Source of the DNA: a bacterium
GTDB taxonomy: Bacteria > Zhuqueibacterota > Zhuqueibacteria > Residuimicrobiales > Krinioviventaceae
Length of the DNA stretch: 55,588 bases
NCBI GenBank assembly: GCA_963674595.2
Contig: CAXXFV010000021.1
Span: 1-55,588 of the forward strand
Direction: 5' to 3'
In this document: piece by piece, positions 19,195 through 27,485 of the stretch
Layout: the number at the start of each line of letters is the position of its first letter
How positions within the stretch are numbered: the stretch's first letter is position 1
Notes under the pieces: model-generated
Databases searched by the model: none
The model's input: only the letters and a program-made list of their open reading frames with translations
What the model was told of the DNA's origin: nothing
Program-made: the position numbers and the translations under genes

Positions 19195-20142
19195 CTACTG
19201 ACTAGTCCCCAAATATAAAAATCTGTCCAGTAAATTGACATAATTACTCCATCTTTTATCAGGCTCCTTTTGCTGTAATTCTATTCTGGAAAAAGCATTC
19301 ATTTTAGAATCAATTTCATCTGCATAATTCAGCAAAATAGCTTCCCGGCTCATGGGTTTAATATTGGAACCTGATTCAGGAGTACCATGATGTGATAATA
19401 TTAAATGTAAAAGTTCGGATCGTAGTAATTCAGGAAAATCTTTAATATTGTTCATCTTTTCGCACAAAAGTTCGCTGCCAAGAAAAACATGACCCAGTAG
19501 ACGCCCCTTATCCGAATACTCTATCATAGGTGCTGTATGATATTCATATATTTTGCCGATGTCATGTAAAAGTGCCCCTGTTGTCAACAAATCGATATTT
19601 ACAGAAGGATATTGTGCAGCAAAAAACCTGACCAGTTTTACAACCTGGATAGAGTGTTCCAGTAAACCGCCCTGATAACAGTGGTGCCATAATTTTCCGC
19701 CCACGGCATCAGAGTAGGCTGACCATAGCTGTGAATCATTAAAAATCAATTCCAGGAGTTTTTTTAAAAAAGTATTTTCAATTCCCCGGATCATTTCCTG
19801 AATTTCGGCAAGACCCTCATCTGCATTAACATCAGCTTTTGGAACCAGTGAATTTATATCCACGTTATCTTTATCTGTGGCACGCCTGATTTTTGAAACA
19901 GACAAATTACAACGGTCCTTCCATTGCGTAACTGTTCCTTTAACCTTGACGACCTCCCCTTCTTTCAATGAATTGTTGATCGTTTGTGCATTTTCCCATA
20001 CAAAACCAAAAATTCTTCCTGATGCGTTACATAATTCCACAGAAAGATAAAGATCATCATTTTTTTGTTTTTTTCTTATTTCCTTTTTTCTTAAAACAAA
20101 AAAATTGGTAATTATCTGCCCGGGCTGAATATCCTGAATCAC
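19195..20142 (-). CDS. yhaM: 3'-5' exoribonuclease YhaM/CBF1 family (OB-fold + HD domain)
   Basis: N-terminal OB fold; HHCYQGGLLEHS, LLHDIGK, ILSHHGTPESGS, ADEIDSK. Confidence 0.85.
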   Translation of the reverse strand: MIQDIQPGQIITNFFVLRKKEIRKKQKNDDLYLSVELCNASGRIFGFVWENAQTINNSLKEGEVVKVKGTVTQWKDRCNLSVSKIRRATDKDNVDINSLVPKADVNADEGLAEIQEMIRGIENTFLKKLLELIFNDSQLWSAYSDAVGGKLWHHCYQGGLLEHSIQVVKLVRFFAAQYPSVNIDLLTTGALLHDIGKIYEYHTAPMIEYSDKGRLLGHVFLGSELLCEKMNNIKDFPELLRSELLHLILSHHGTPESGSNIKPMSREAILLNYADEIDSKMNAFSRIELQQKEPDKRWSNYVNLLDRFLYLGTSQ

Positions 20143-20182
20143 AACTCCCTCCTGTTAATGAATTTCTGGAAATCTTGATCTG

Positions 20183-20698
20183 CTACCTTCTCCCCTTGTT
20201 TTCCGAGCTTCTGCTGCTTCTGGGAGTTGATTCGGTTTTCACATTTTCACGTCGTTTAAATGTGCGTCGATTATCGTTATCTGTATTGTTGTCATCAACA
20301 TTGGAGTTACTTGTTTTTCCTAAAGGTACAGCAGAAGGTCCGGCAGACGAAGTTGCTGTCGGCCCATAATTACTTCCGGAATATCCTCCCTGAGGGGATC
20401 GGACACCGGTACGCTCCTGATAATTCTGACTATCAAAATTTTGAGATACGGCTTGATCCCGCCACCAGGCAGATTGACTAAAAAACAGCCAGTTAGGATC
20501 ATTTACACTGCCCTTGGGTAAAACAGGAGAATAGCTATACGCGGATGCAGAGTGGCATGAAGAGCAATCATCCGCAACCTGAACATCTGAAAATTCATAA
20601 TGAGATGCAGAGTTTTCGATATTGGGGTGTTTAAGCATGGTATAACATGAAATCTGTCCAAAAACAAAAACCAGTACTAAAAGATATTTCAATTTCAT
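20183..20698 (-). CDS. hypothetical lipoprotein with CxxCH motif and Ser/Arg-rich tail
   Basis: Lipobox ISC-YTML; DDCSSCHS; WLFFSQSAWW; low-complexity tail ending GRR; GAGG RBS. Confidence 0.65.
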   Translation of the reverse strand: MKLKYLLVLVFVFGQISCYTMLKHPNIENSASHYEFSDVQVADDCSSCHSASAYSYSPVLPKGSVNDPNWLFFSQSAWWRDQAVSQNFDSQNYQERTGVRSPQGGYSGSNYGPTATSSAGPSAVPLGKTSNSNVDDNNTDNDNRRTFKRRENVKTESTPRSSRSSENKGRR

Positions 20699-20769
20699 TA
20701 CATCCTCTTTTTAAAAAGATATTCAATATAAACAATCACTTTCCCAAATTTCAGAGCCAGGATTTTTAT

Positions 20770-21633
20770 TTATCGTAAAATAGAATCACAATAAACAAAC
20801 TTGATAATCCTGCTTTTTTGTCCGCCCGGGTGATATGGATCATCATCAGCAAGCAAATTTTTAAAAGCGAATTCCAAAAACATCTTTCCTGAAAAAGCCC
20901 ACCGAACACCGGCATTTAAATAACCTTTTGCATTGTTCTTTCCTCGCTTTTCATCATCATTTGAGGCAAAATCATATTCCGAAAATACAGACAAATCGCG
21001 AGTTAATATAACATTCATTCCCATAAAGATGTCAGGATCTTTATCATCGTCATCATTTTCCAAACTCATGTTAATACCGGCATGTATGCCGACGTCCCAA
21101 ATCCAGGATAAACTTTTCGAAGCAACAAGATAAAATCCCCTGGATTTATATTTATACCGATCATAAAACAACGAACTGTCCTGTGCGGCATCATTACTAG
21201 ATTTTGGCAAGTACTGACCATAACCTTGCGAATCAAACCCGATAACTACGGCGGGAATGGTATGTTGACGGGTTTCTTCAATGAGTCGATAGCAGAAATG
21301 AACACCGGGATTATTATACCAGTCAATTTTATCAGACTCTCCCAATACCTCAAGGCCACCATAAGACACACCAAACATGATTCGTTTACTTACACCGACA
21401 GAAAGACGTCCCAAAGCGCCGCCCTGTTCAAAAAGACGTATTGAGGCACGGATATCCCCACTCTGCAAAATACTGGCAGTTGGTAAATCAATTAATTGCA
21501 AAGGTTTGGAAAAATAAATATCAGATCCTGGTTTATTAATCCTTTTCTGTGCAAATCCCTGCTGTGTCAGCACTAAAACCAATACTGAAAAAATCACTAA
21601 ATTAAAAAAACAAGTTAATCGATCTTTATTCAC
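20770..21633 (-). CDS. outer-membrane beta-barrel protein, YjbH-like
   Basis: Signal peptide; LIDLPTASILQSG start typical of YjbH-like barrels; PAVVIGFD, FYLVASK, GYLNAGVRW alternating strands. Confidence 0.55.
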   Translation of the reverse strand: MNKDRLTCFFNLVIFSVLVLVLTQQGFAQKRINKPGSDIYFSKPLQLIDLPTASILQSGDIRASIRLFEQGGALGRLSVGVSKRIMFGVSYGGLEVLGESDKIDWYNNPGVHFCYRLIEETRQHTIPAVVIGFDSQGYGQYLPKSSNDAAQDSSLFYDRYKYKSRGFYLVASKSLSWIWDVGIHAGINMSLENDDDDKDPDIFMGMNVILTRDLSVFSEYDFASNDDEKRGKNNAKGYLNAGVRWAFSGKMFLEFAFKNLLADDDPYHPGGQKSRIIKFVYCDSILR

Positions 21634-21670
21634 ACGAGGCCTCTGTTTGCTCTATTCTAAATTTTTATAA

Positions 21671-21712
21671 AATTTAGTGTTAATTAAAATGAATGTCAAC
21701 CATTCATTTTAA
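21671..21712 (-). promoter_or_regulatory. sigma70-type promoter with overlapping 12-bp palindrome (operator candidate)
   Basis: Minus-strand TTGACA-N17-TAAATT; TTAAAATGAATG-TCAAC-CATTCATTTTAA covers the -35. Confidence 0.55.
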
Positions 21713-21726
21713 CAGTTTTTAAAAAA

Positions 21727-22314
21727 TTAAATTTTCACAAAAATACTAAATCCGATACTTACCTGGATGACGGTCCTTGGTTCATCAAAAACCTTACCTG
21801 AAGGCAAAAGATAAATAGCCTGAATTTTTGTCCTCAATAGTGTCATTTTAGCTATACCGGAATGTGTACCGATTCCAGCAGCTAAAGCAGGGCCTACAAA
21901 AGTATTGTTTTCACCATTTTTCACAGAATACCCGTCAATCCAAAATCCGCCACTCATAGACAAAAACAAACCGGCAGAAATACCGGGATCCCTTTTAGTG
22001 GTACGGTAATGCTTTTTATAAGAATCCGGAGATAAATCCACAAGCTTATAGGCAGGTCCAAACATTATAAAAGAAGAAACTTGTGTTTCATTCTCATTGA
22101 TATTTAATTGCACACTTGGCTCAAACTCTAGCAAAAAATCATTATTTAAATAATAACCGACAAGCCATGCAATATTTAAAAAACTTTGGCTGGAATCGGA
22201 CCCGGAATGGTTCAGAAAAGAAACAGAGCCACCCGTATCAATGGCACCTTTTCGCTGCGCAAAAGATGTATTAATTAGTGCTAAAAGTGCTATACCCAAT
22301 ATTAATTTTTTCAT
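21727..22314 (-). CDS. small outer-membrane beta-barrel protein
   Basis: Signal peptide ending SFA; amphipathic strands; C-terminal IQVSIGFSIFVKI. Confidence 0.6.
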   Translation of the reverse strand: MKKLILGIALLALINTSFAQRKGAIDTGGSVSFLNHSGSDSSQSFLNIAWLVGYYLNNDFLLEFEPSVQLNINENETQVSSFIMFGPAYKLVDLSPDSYKKHYRTTKRDPGISAGLFLSMSGGFWIDGYSVKNGENNTFVGPALAAGIGTHSGIAKMTLLRTKIQAIYLLPSGKVFDEPRTVIQVSIGFSIFVKI

Positions 22315-22356
22315 TTAATCTCCTGAATCGTCAAATGAAACTGCATTAGGCATAAA

Positions 22357-23142
22357 TTAATCAAAATTTTGCAATTCATCCATTCTTTTCTTTAAAGAAT
22401 CTATCATTAATTTTAATTCCGGTTGTAAACTTTTAGATTTTAAATAAGAAATTCGCAACTCGTACTCTTTATTAATCAATAAACGAATTAATTCTTCCTT
22501 AACTTTTGAGGATAATTGAGATTCAGGAAATCGTTCAAGAAAATCATCATAAATCGTGAAAGGTGCCGGGGTTGTTTTCCAGAATTTCTTCCACCGATTT
22601 TTCACGGATGATGATATAACCTTTTGTATGGTTTTATTAATTTTCATGTCATCATTTAATTCGACATAATTTACCATACCCGAATAGTTTGTAAAAAGTT
22701 TTTTTAAATAGTGTTCGCGAGTTATCGCATCGTTTTCATGCTCTGCTTTATCCAGATAATAAAGCACATCGTTAAACCATTTGTCTTCCTGAAAATAAAC
22801 CTTGCTCAAACGGTATCTTAGCTTTAATCTTGTCCAGGCCCCTATTGGTTTTCCATCTAATTCAGCGGGTTGAAACTCTACACTCTTGGCAAACTCCAAG
22901 GCCGCTTTGTCCAGATCCGGGTAATTTGAAGATTCTTCGAGATTAATCTCCTCAGGACTCCCCTTATCGTTAACAAAAATTTTTAACAGAACGTCCCCCT
23001 CCATATGCTCCAGTTGGGCGTTCAGCGGATAATCCAGTTCTTTATTGGATATAACTTTAGCAGAATGAAATCGGCTGGTTCCACATGAAGTTATTCCCCC
23101 TATTAAAAAAAATATCAGAATAATGTTTTTATAGAACATCAC
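22357..23142 (-). CDS. lipoprotein with TonB C-terminal domain and helical C-terminus
   Basis: Lipobox ITSC; YPLNAQLEHMEGDVLLKIFVNDKG...SSNYPDLDKAALE...FQPAELDGKPI. Confidence 0.72.
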   Translation of the reverse strand: MMFYKNIILIFFLIGGITSCGTSRFHSAKVISNKELDYPLNAQLEHMEGDVLLKIFVNDKGSPEEINLEESSNYPDLDKAALEFAKSVEFQPAELDGKPIGAWTRLKLRYRLSKVYFQEDKWFNDVLYYLDKAEHENDAITREHYLKKLFTNYSGMVNYVELNDDMKINKTIQKVISSSVKNRWKKFWKTTPAPFTIYDDFLERFPESQLSSKVKEELIRLLINKEYELRISYLKSKSLQPELKLMIDSLKKRMDELQNFD

Positions 23143-23156
23143 CTAACTTTTTATAT

Positions 23157-24572
23157 TTAAAATCGAATTGAAATTGTACCCACTAATTTATTAAAAGATA
23201 CATCTTCATCTGTTGGAGCATTTGTATAAGCGTCTGTTGTTGTTTGTTTCCATGAAGCGTTCATATAGGCCAAATCAAGCATGACCTGTTTATCAAGCAT
23301 AATACTGGCTCCGGCAGTAATATAATCTTTATCAGGATATAGGTCTTTTTCTTTATAAGGAGAAGGTTTTTTGCTATAACCCGCTCGTATTTTTGATTTA
23401 AGAATTGGCAAATATAATTCACCACCGAATCGAATATTTTTCACATCTGTTAAATTTTTCTTCAAATCATAATTTATATCACTTTTGGAAACACCATAAA
23501 TGGGAGGATCGGTTTCAAACTTTGCCTGAGACCAATCTTTATATTCAATATCGGCAGCCAGCAATAAATTTGATAGTTTATAAGAACCCCCCAAAGTAAA
23601 CGTATAGGGTTCCTTAATTTTATATTCTGTTTCATTTTCCAAAACAGGGATATATTCCACATCACCATTATCATATTCAATATCCCACTTGTCGCTCCAT
23701 ACTTCTTTAATTTTATATGTAGATGGTGGTTTTATTGTAATACCGGCCCGAAATGCTTCACCAACCTGATACAGGGCACCAAACTCTATATGTGTTCCGC
23801 TAAAATCAGAATTTATACTTTGTTCATAGTTCCATGCATATAAATCAGAAAAAATAACAGTATTATCTTCCAGAGTATCCGGCTGGGCGTTATGTAAATT
23901 ATCCTCATCACTTTCCACAAGTCTCAGAGAATATTCGTCTTTACCGCTAATGGAGTGCAGTGAAAAACCAAGGAAAAAATTTCTTTGAACTTCCGTAGAT
24001 ATAGAAAAAGAAAATTGATTGAGGCTTCCCTCATCAACAACGGATTCTTTTTGATAAAGATTATCAAGAACATCAGTAAGAAATTGATAAGGTTCCGTAT
24101 CTTCATAAGTGTATGTTTGATCAAAATAATCCGGAAATGCCGCCCAATCCCGGTTAAAGCCGGCAATTTCCAATATACCTTCAAAATCCCTGACCTTATT
24201 ATACCCAAGGGCAAAGACAAGGCTGCCCTGATACGTTGGAACCGGAAAAACAAAGCCAATAGAGTTTAATCTTGTAACACTGTTATCCGCTTGCTGATTA
24301 TTCCCCAGAAAAAGAGCATCATTTTTCACTTTGTTATGAGCAAAACCAAAATTCATTTCCATTCTGCGAATTTGTCCCAAACCAGCGGGATTCCAGTAAA
24401 TAGCCGAGTAATCGTCTGCCACACCGACAAAGGCACCACCCATTCCCATAGCACGAGCACCAACGCCCAATTGATCACCAAGGAAAAAGATACTCTCCTG
24501 GGGCAGCGCCTTTGCAGACAACATAAAAGTCATTATTAATATTGCATATAGCAGACTGCTTCTTTTATTCAT
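23157..24572 (-). CDS. FadL/OmpP1-like outer-membrane transporter
   Basis: GARAMGMGGAFVGVADDYSAIYWNPAGLG signature; C-terminal ISIRF; start chosen at ATG behind AAGGAG. Confidence 0.8.
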   Translation of the reverse strand: MNKRSSLLYAILIMTFMLSAKALPQESIFFLGDQLGVGARAMGMGGAFVGVADDYSAIYWNPAGLGQIRRMEMNFGFAHNKVKNDALFLGNNQQADNSVTRLNSIGFVFPVPTYQGSLVFALGYNKVRDFEGILEIAGFNRDWAAFPDYFDQTYTYEDTEPYQFLTDVLDNLYQKESVVDEGSLNQFSFSISTEVQRNFFLGFSLHSISGKDEYSLRLVESDEDNLHNAQPDTLEDNTVIFSDLYAWNYEQSINSDFSGTHIEFGALYQVGEAFRAGITIKPPSTYKIKEVWSDKWDIEYDNGDVEYIPVLENETEYKIKEPYTFTLGGSYKLSNLLLAADIEYKDWSQAKFETDPPIYGVSKSDINYDLKKNLTDVKNIRFGGELYLPILKSKIRAGYSKKPSPYKEKDLYPDKDYITAGASIMLDKQVMLDLAYMNASWKQTTTDAYTNAPTDEDVSFNKLVGTISIRF

Positions 24573-24627
24573 AATTAACTCCTTAAAAAACTCCATCTCT
24601 ATTCGTAATTAAATCAGCAGTCTTGAC

Positions 24628-25923
24628 TTATCTTCTTCCACCGGAGGATCGTGACGAACCTGAACTGCTCCGGCTTCCTGAAGACCGACTGGATCCACTT
24701 GAAGAAGAACTGCTACTGCTACCGCTGCTACTGCTTTTTGAAACACTTCCGGACGATGATTTGCCGGAACTACGTGACCGGCTGCTTGAAGAACTTGACG
24801 ATGACGATGAAGATGGTCTGGATCGACTTGATGACGAACTTGATCTGGAAACAGATTCACGTCTGTTTACAGTTCGTGACCGACTGGAGCCACTTGAAGC
24901 AGAACTGCTGCTGCTACTGCTACTGCTTTTTGAAACACTTTGTGACTTGTTTCTTGACGAACTGGACGAGGACGATGAATTAGTCGTACTGCGTGACCGG
25001 CTGTTATACGAGCGGGACGATGACGATGGTGAAGATTTTGTTTGACTCGATGAGCCTGAACTTGATACCGATTCTCGTCGGTTTACAGACCGGGAACTAG
25101 TACTGGACTGCCCACTCGAACGGGATGTAGCTGATCGCCGTGAGACAGTTGAAGATGTCCTCTGGTTCGTAGAACGGCTGTTGCTTACATCAGCATTTCT
25201 GGATGAACGTTGAGTACTGCTACGGGATACAGATGAATTTTCCGGTTGTGAGCTGGACCGCCTTATTGTAGAAGTTGTTCTCCTGCTTGACGAGGTGGCA
25301 GCACTGCGGCTTTTTCCGGATACCTCACTACTTCTGGGCGTACCTGAAGGTCCATATCTAGTATTTTGGTTACGGTCTTTATCCCTCAAAAGATCTCGAC
25401 TGGAAATTCCGGCAGCGCCAGGTGTTCTGCGCCAAAAGTCACGTTTTTGATTGTGTTTATAGGAAATACTTCCATAGTTATTAAAATAAACATTACTATT
25501 GTAATAATAATCCCGTCCATAATACCACCCGCCATAATATGAAGTCGGTCTCCAATACCAGGGGTCTCCATAAAATGAATAGTAATTATAGTATGGATCA
25601 TAGTAATGATAATTTCGCCACCAAAAAGAACTGTTCATAGCCCAATACGGTTCATACCACCAGTTATCAAGATAAATTGAACCGGCATAATAATCATCAT
25701 GCAGATATACATCATGATCATGTTGGTGATATATTACATCAGAATCAGAGGTTTCGGAATCATAGACATAATCATAATTAGAACCGTCGTCTGCGTAATA
25801 ATCTTCTTCTGCCGTACTATGTACTGTATATGGTGCACTCAATTGGGTGTAACATCCGGAGATGCCAAACACCAGGGCAATGAAAAAAGCACCGTAAAAC
25901 ATCTTTTTTATTTTAAACATCAC
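24628..25923 (-). CDS. hypothetical lipoprotein, Tyr/Trp-rich core and very long Ser/Arg-rich tail
   Basis: Lipobox ISGC-YTQL; His/Asp patch YHQHDHDVYLHDD; YYDPYY/WYW segment; about 250 aa poly-Ser/Arg ending GGRR; AAGGAGG RBS. Confidence 0.75.
   Translation of the reverse strand: MMFKIKKMFYGAFFIALVFGISGCYTQLSAPYTVHSTAEEDYYADDGSNYDYVYDSETSDSDVIYHQHDHDVYLHDDYYAGSIYLDNWWYEPYWAMNSSFWWRNYHYYDPYYNYYSFYGDPWYWRPTSYYGGWYYGRDYYYNSNVYFNNYGSISYKHNQKRDFWRRTPGAAGISSRDLLRDKDRNQNTRYGPSGTPRSSEVSGKSRSAATSSSRRTTSTIRRSSSQPENSSVSRSSTQRSSRNADVSNSRSTNQRTSSTVSRRSATSRSSGQSSTSSRSVNRRESVSSSGSSSQTKSSPSSSSRSYNSRSRSTTNSSSSSSSSRNKSQSVSKSSSSSSSSSASSGSSRSRTVNRRESVSRSSSSSSRSRPSSSSSSSSSSSRSRSSGKSSSGSVSKSSSSGSSSSSSSSGSSRSSGSRSSSGSSRSSGGRR
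24640..25330 (-). repeat. low-complexity Ser/Arg-coding region with internal duplications
   Basis: VNRRESVS occurs twice and SVSKSSSS..SSSS..SSGSSRS twice. Confidence 0.7.
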
Positions 25924-26083
25924 AGATCGCCTCCTTTCCTGAGCTTCACGCTCACCTTGTTAAATGGCGACTAATTTGTTTGTTTACCTAAAATATACAA
26001 CCATTGATTATACAAATCAATTTCATTTTTTCTTAGTTCTCAAGGTACATATATTAAACACCGAAAACAGAAATTTTCATGCA

Positions 26084-26707
26084 CTATTTCGGTTGAAAAC
26101 TGTATTCGCAAATCGTCCACATTGTTATATTTTTATTTCCGCTTTTTGCTGGTAAATATTTGCTTTTAAAAGCGGCATCTATGGCCATATCTTCTATAAG
26201 TTTTTCACCTGTTGTATTTTCTGAAACAACAACATCTTTGACCTGACCATCTTTATATATATTTAATAATAATCTAACTTTTCCGGCTACTTTACGCTCT
26301 ACAAGTTCTTCAGGATACTCCGGCATGACCTGCATAACAGGCCTGGGAGGAATTGTATCTATTTTACCAACAATTAAAGGGCTGTTTCCGAATTGAGTAT
26401 CCCCGAGATTCCAATGAAATTCTGTATCGTCGATAGTAACGTCTTCCGGAACCGATGGATCTTCCGCTTCAATTGGAATAACAGGTTTCTCAGGAGAAGC
26501 CATTCTCTCTCTTACAGTTTGTTTCGTTACTGGTATGTCACTAATAATAAAACGAAAACTAACTGGCAAAAGTTCCGGTTTTTTCTTTTCAAATCTTTTG
26601 GGTAAGATCAAAAATGATAGTAAAAAGCAATAAAGTGTAAGGATTAAAAATTTTTCAACTCGTCGAATATATCCTTCACCAGAATGCTTACGACGATATA
26701 TCATCAT
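26084..26707 (-). CDS. energy transducer TonB family protein
   Basis: N-terminal TM helix, Pro-rich linker (PEKPVIPIEAEDP), TonB_C PEYPEEL...GKVRLL...YLPAKSG; start moved to ATG 26707 to avoid overlap with batE. Confidence 0.75.
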   Translation of the reverse strand: MMIYRRKHSGEGYIRRVEKFLILTLYCFLLSFLILPKRFEKKKPELLPVSFRFIISDIPVTKQTVRERMASPEKPVIPIEAEDPSVPEDVTIDDTEFHWNLGDTQFGNSPLIVGKIDTIPPRPVMQVMPEYPEELVERKVAGKVRLLLNIYKDGQVKDVVVSENTTGEKLIEDMAIDAAFKSKYLPAKSGNKNITMWTICEYSFQPK

Positions 26708-26727
26708 CCTGCCTATAAAAAAGTAGC

Positions 26728-27480
26728 TTAAATTCTCTCGATACTCTCCATCGTCAACCAACCAACTTTTCCGTCCGGTAATTCAATTCTTTGAAAGGAA
26801 CCCGATTGCTCAGATATTTTAACCTTGGCGCCTTCATGCAGGGAGAACACATCTGTTGCATCCAAAGACGGAGAACTCTTTACTTGAACTTTTTCTACAA
26901 CAACGATGGCTTCCTTATTTTTATGTTCATGATTCAAACGAATAAAAAATAAACTTGCAAAAATCAAAAAAAAGACAAAAACCGGAACAAAGGCATATTT
27001 GGAAAAATTTTGCAAATACATTCTCTTTGCCAGCATTCGCACAATAATAATTCCTATAAATAATATATACAAAAACAAGCCAATAACAGCCAAAGTTTGT
27101 AACGAAAACATAAATTTTATTGTGTTCCAAACTTTTAATAAAAAAAACGGTTCCGGTATAATAATTTTATCAACAACCCGTAACTGGGCTAGATCCAGGT
27201 TAAAATTAACATCCGGTGCATTAGGGAACAGTTTTTTGGCCCGTTCATAGTTCAAAATACTTTTTCCCAAATGACCAGTTTTATAATAGGCATTTCCCAG
27301 GTTGTAATAAAGTTCAGGGCTTTCGTACCCCAGGTTGACGGCTGCCTGATATTTTTCAACAGCCTGAAGATAATTACCTGCCTGATAAGCCTGATTGCCC
27401 TCATTGAACAAAGAAATTGTTTGGCTCATATCGGCGGACTGACCGATAAATAAAAAAACTGAAAGAATTAACGTCATCAT
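26728..27480 (-). CDS. batE: BatE (TPR + 2 TM + SH3b)
   Basis: LYYNLGNAYYKTGHLGKSILNYERA; C-terminal LHEGAKVKI...IELPDGKVGWL. Confidence 0.88.
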   Translation of the reverse strand: MMTLILSVFLFIGQSADMSQTISLFNEGNQAYQAGNYLQAVEKYQAAVNLGYESPELYYNLGNAYYKTGHLGKSILNYERAKKLFPNAPDVNFNLDLAQLRVVDKIIIPEPFFLLKVWNTIKFMFSLQTLAVIGLFLYILFIGIIIVRMLAKRMYLQNFSKYAFVPVFVFFLIFASLFFIRLNHEHKNKEAIVVVEKVQVKSSPSLDATDVFSLHEGAKVKISEQSGSFQRIELPDGKVGWLTMESIERI

Positions 27481-27485
27481 ATTAA

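Noticed and set aside
24609-25045. Plus-strand 140-aa Leu/Asp/Glu-rich ORF and other alternative-frame ORFs
   Set aside because: Shadows of the Ser/Arg low-complexity gene, whose codons avoid stops in other frames
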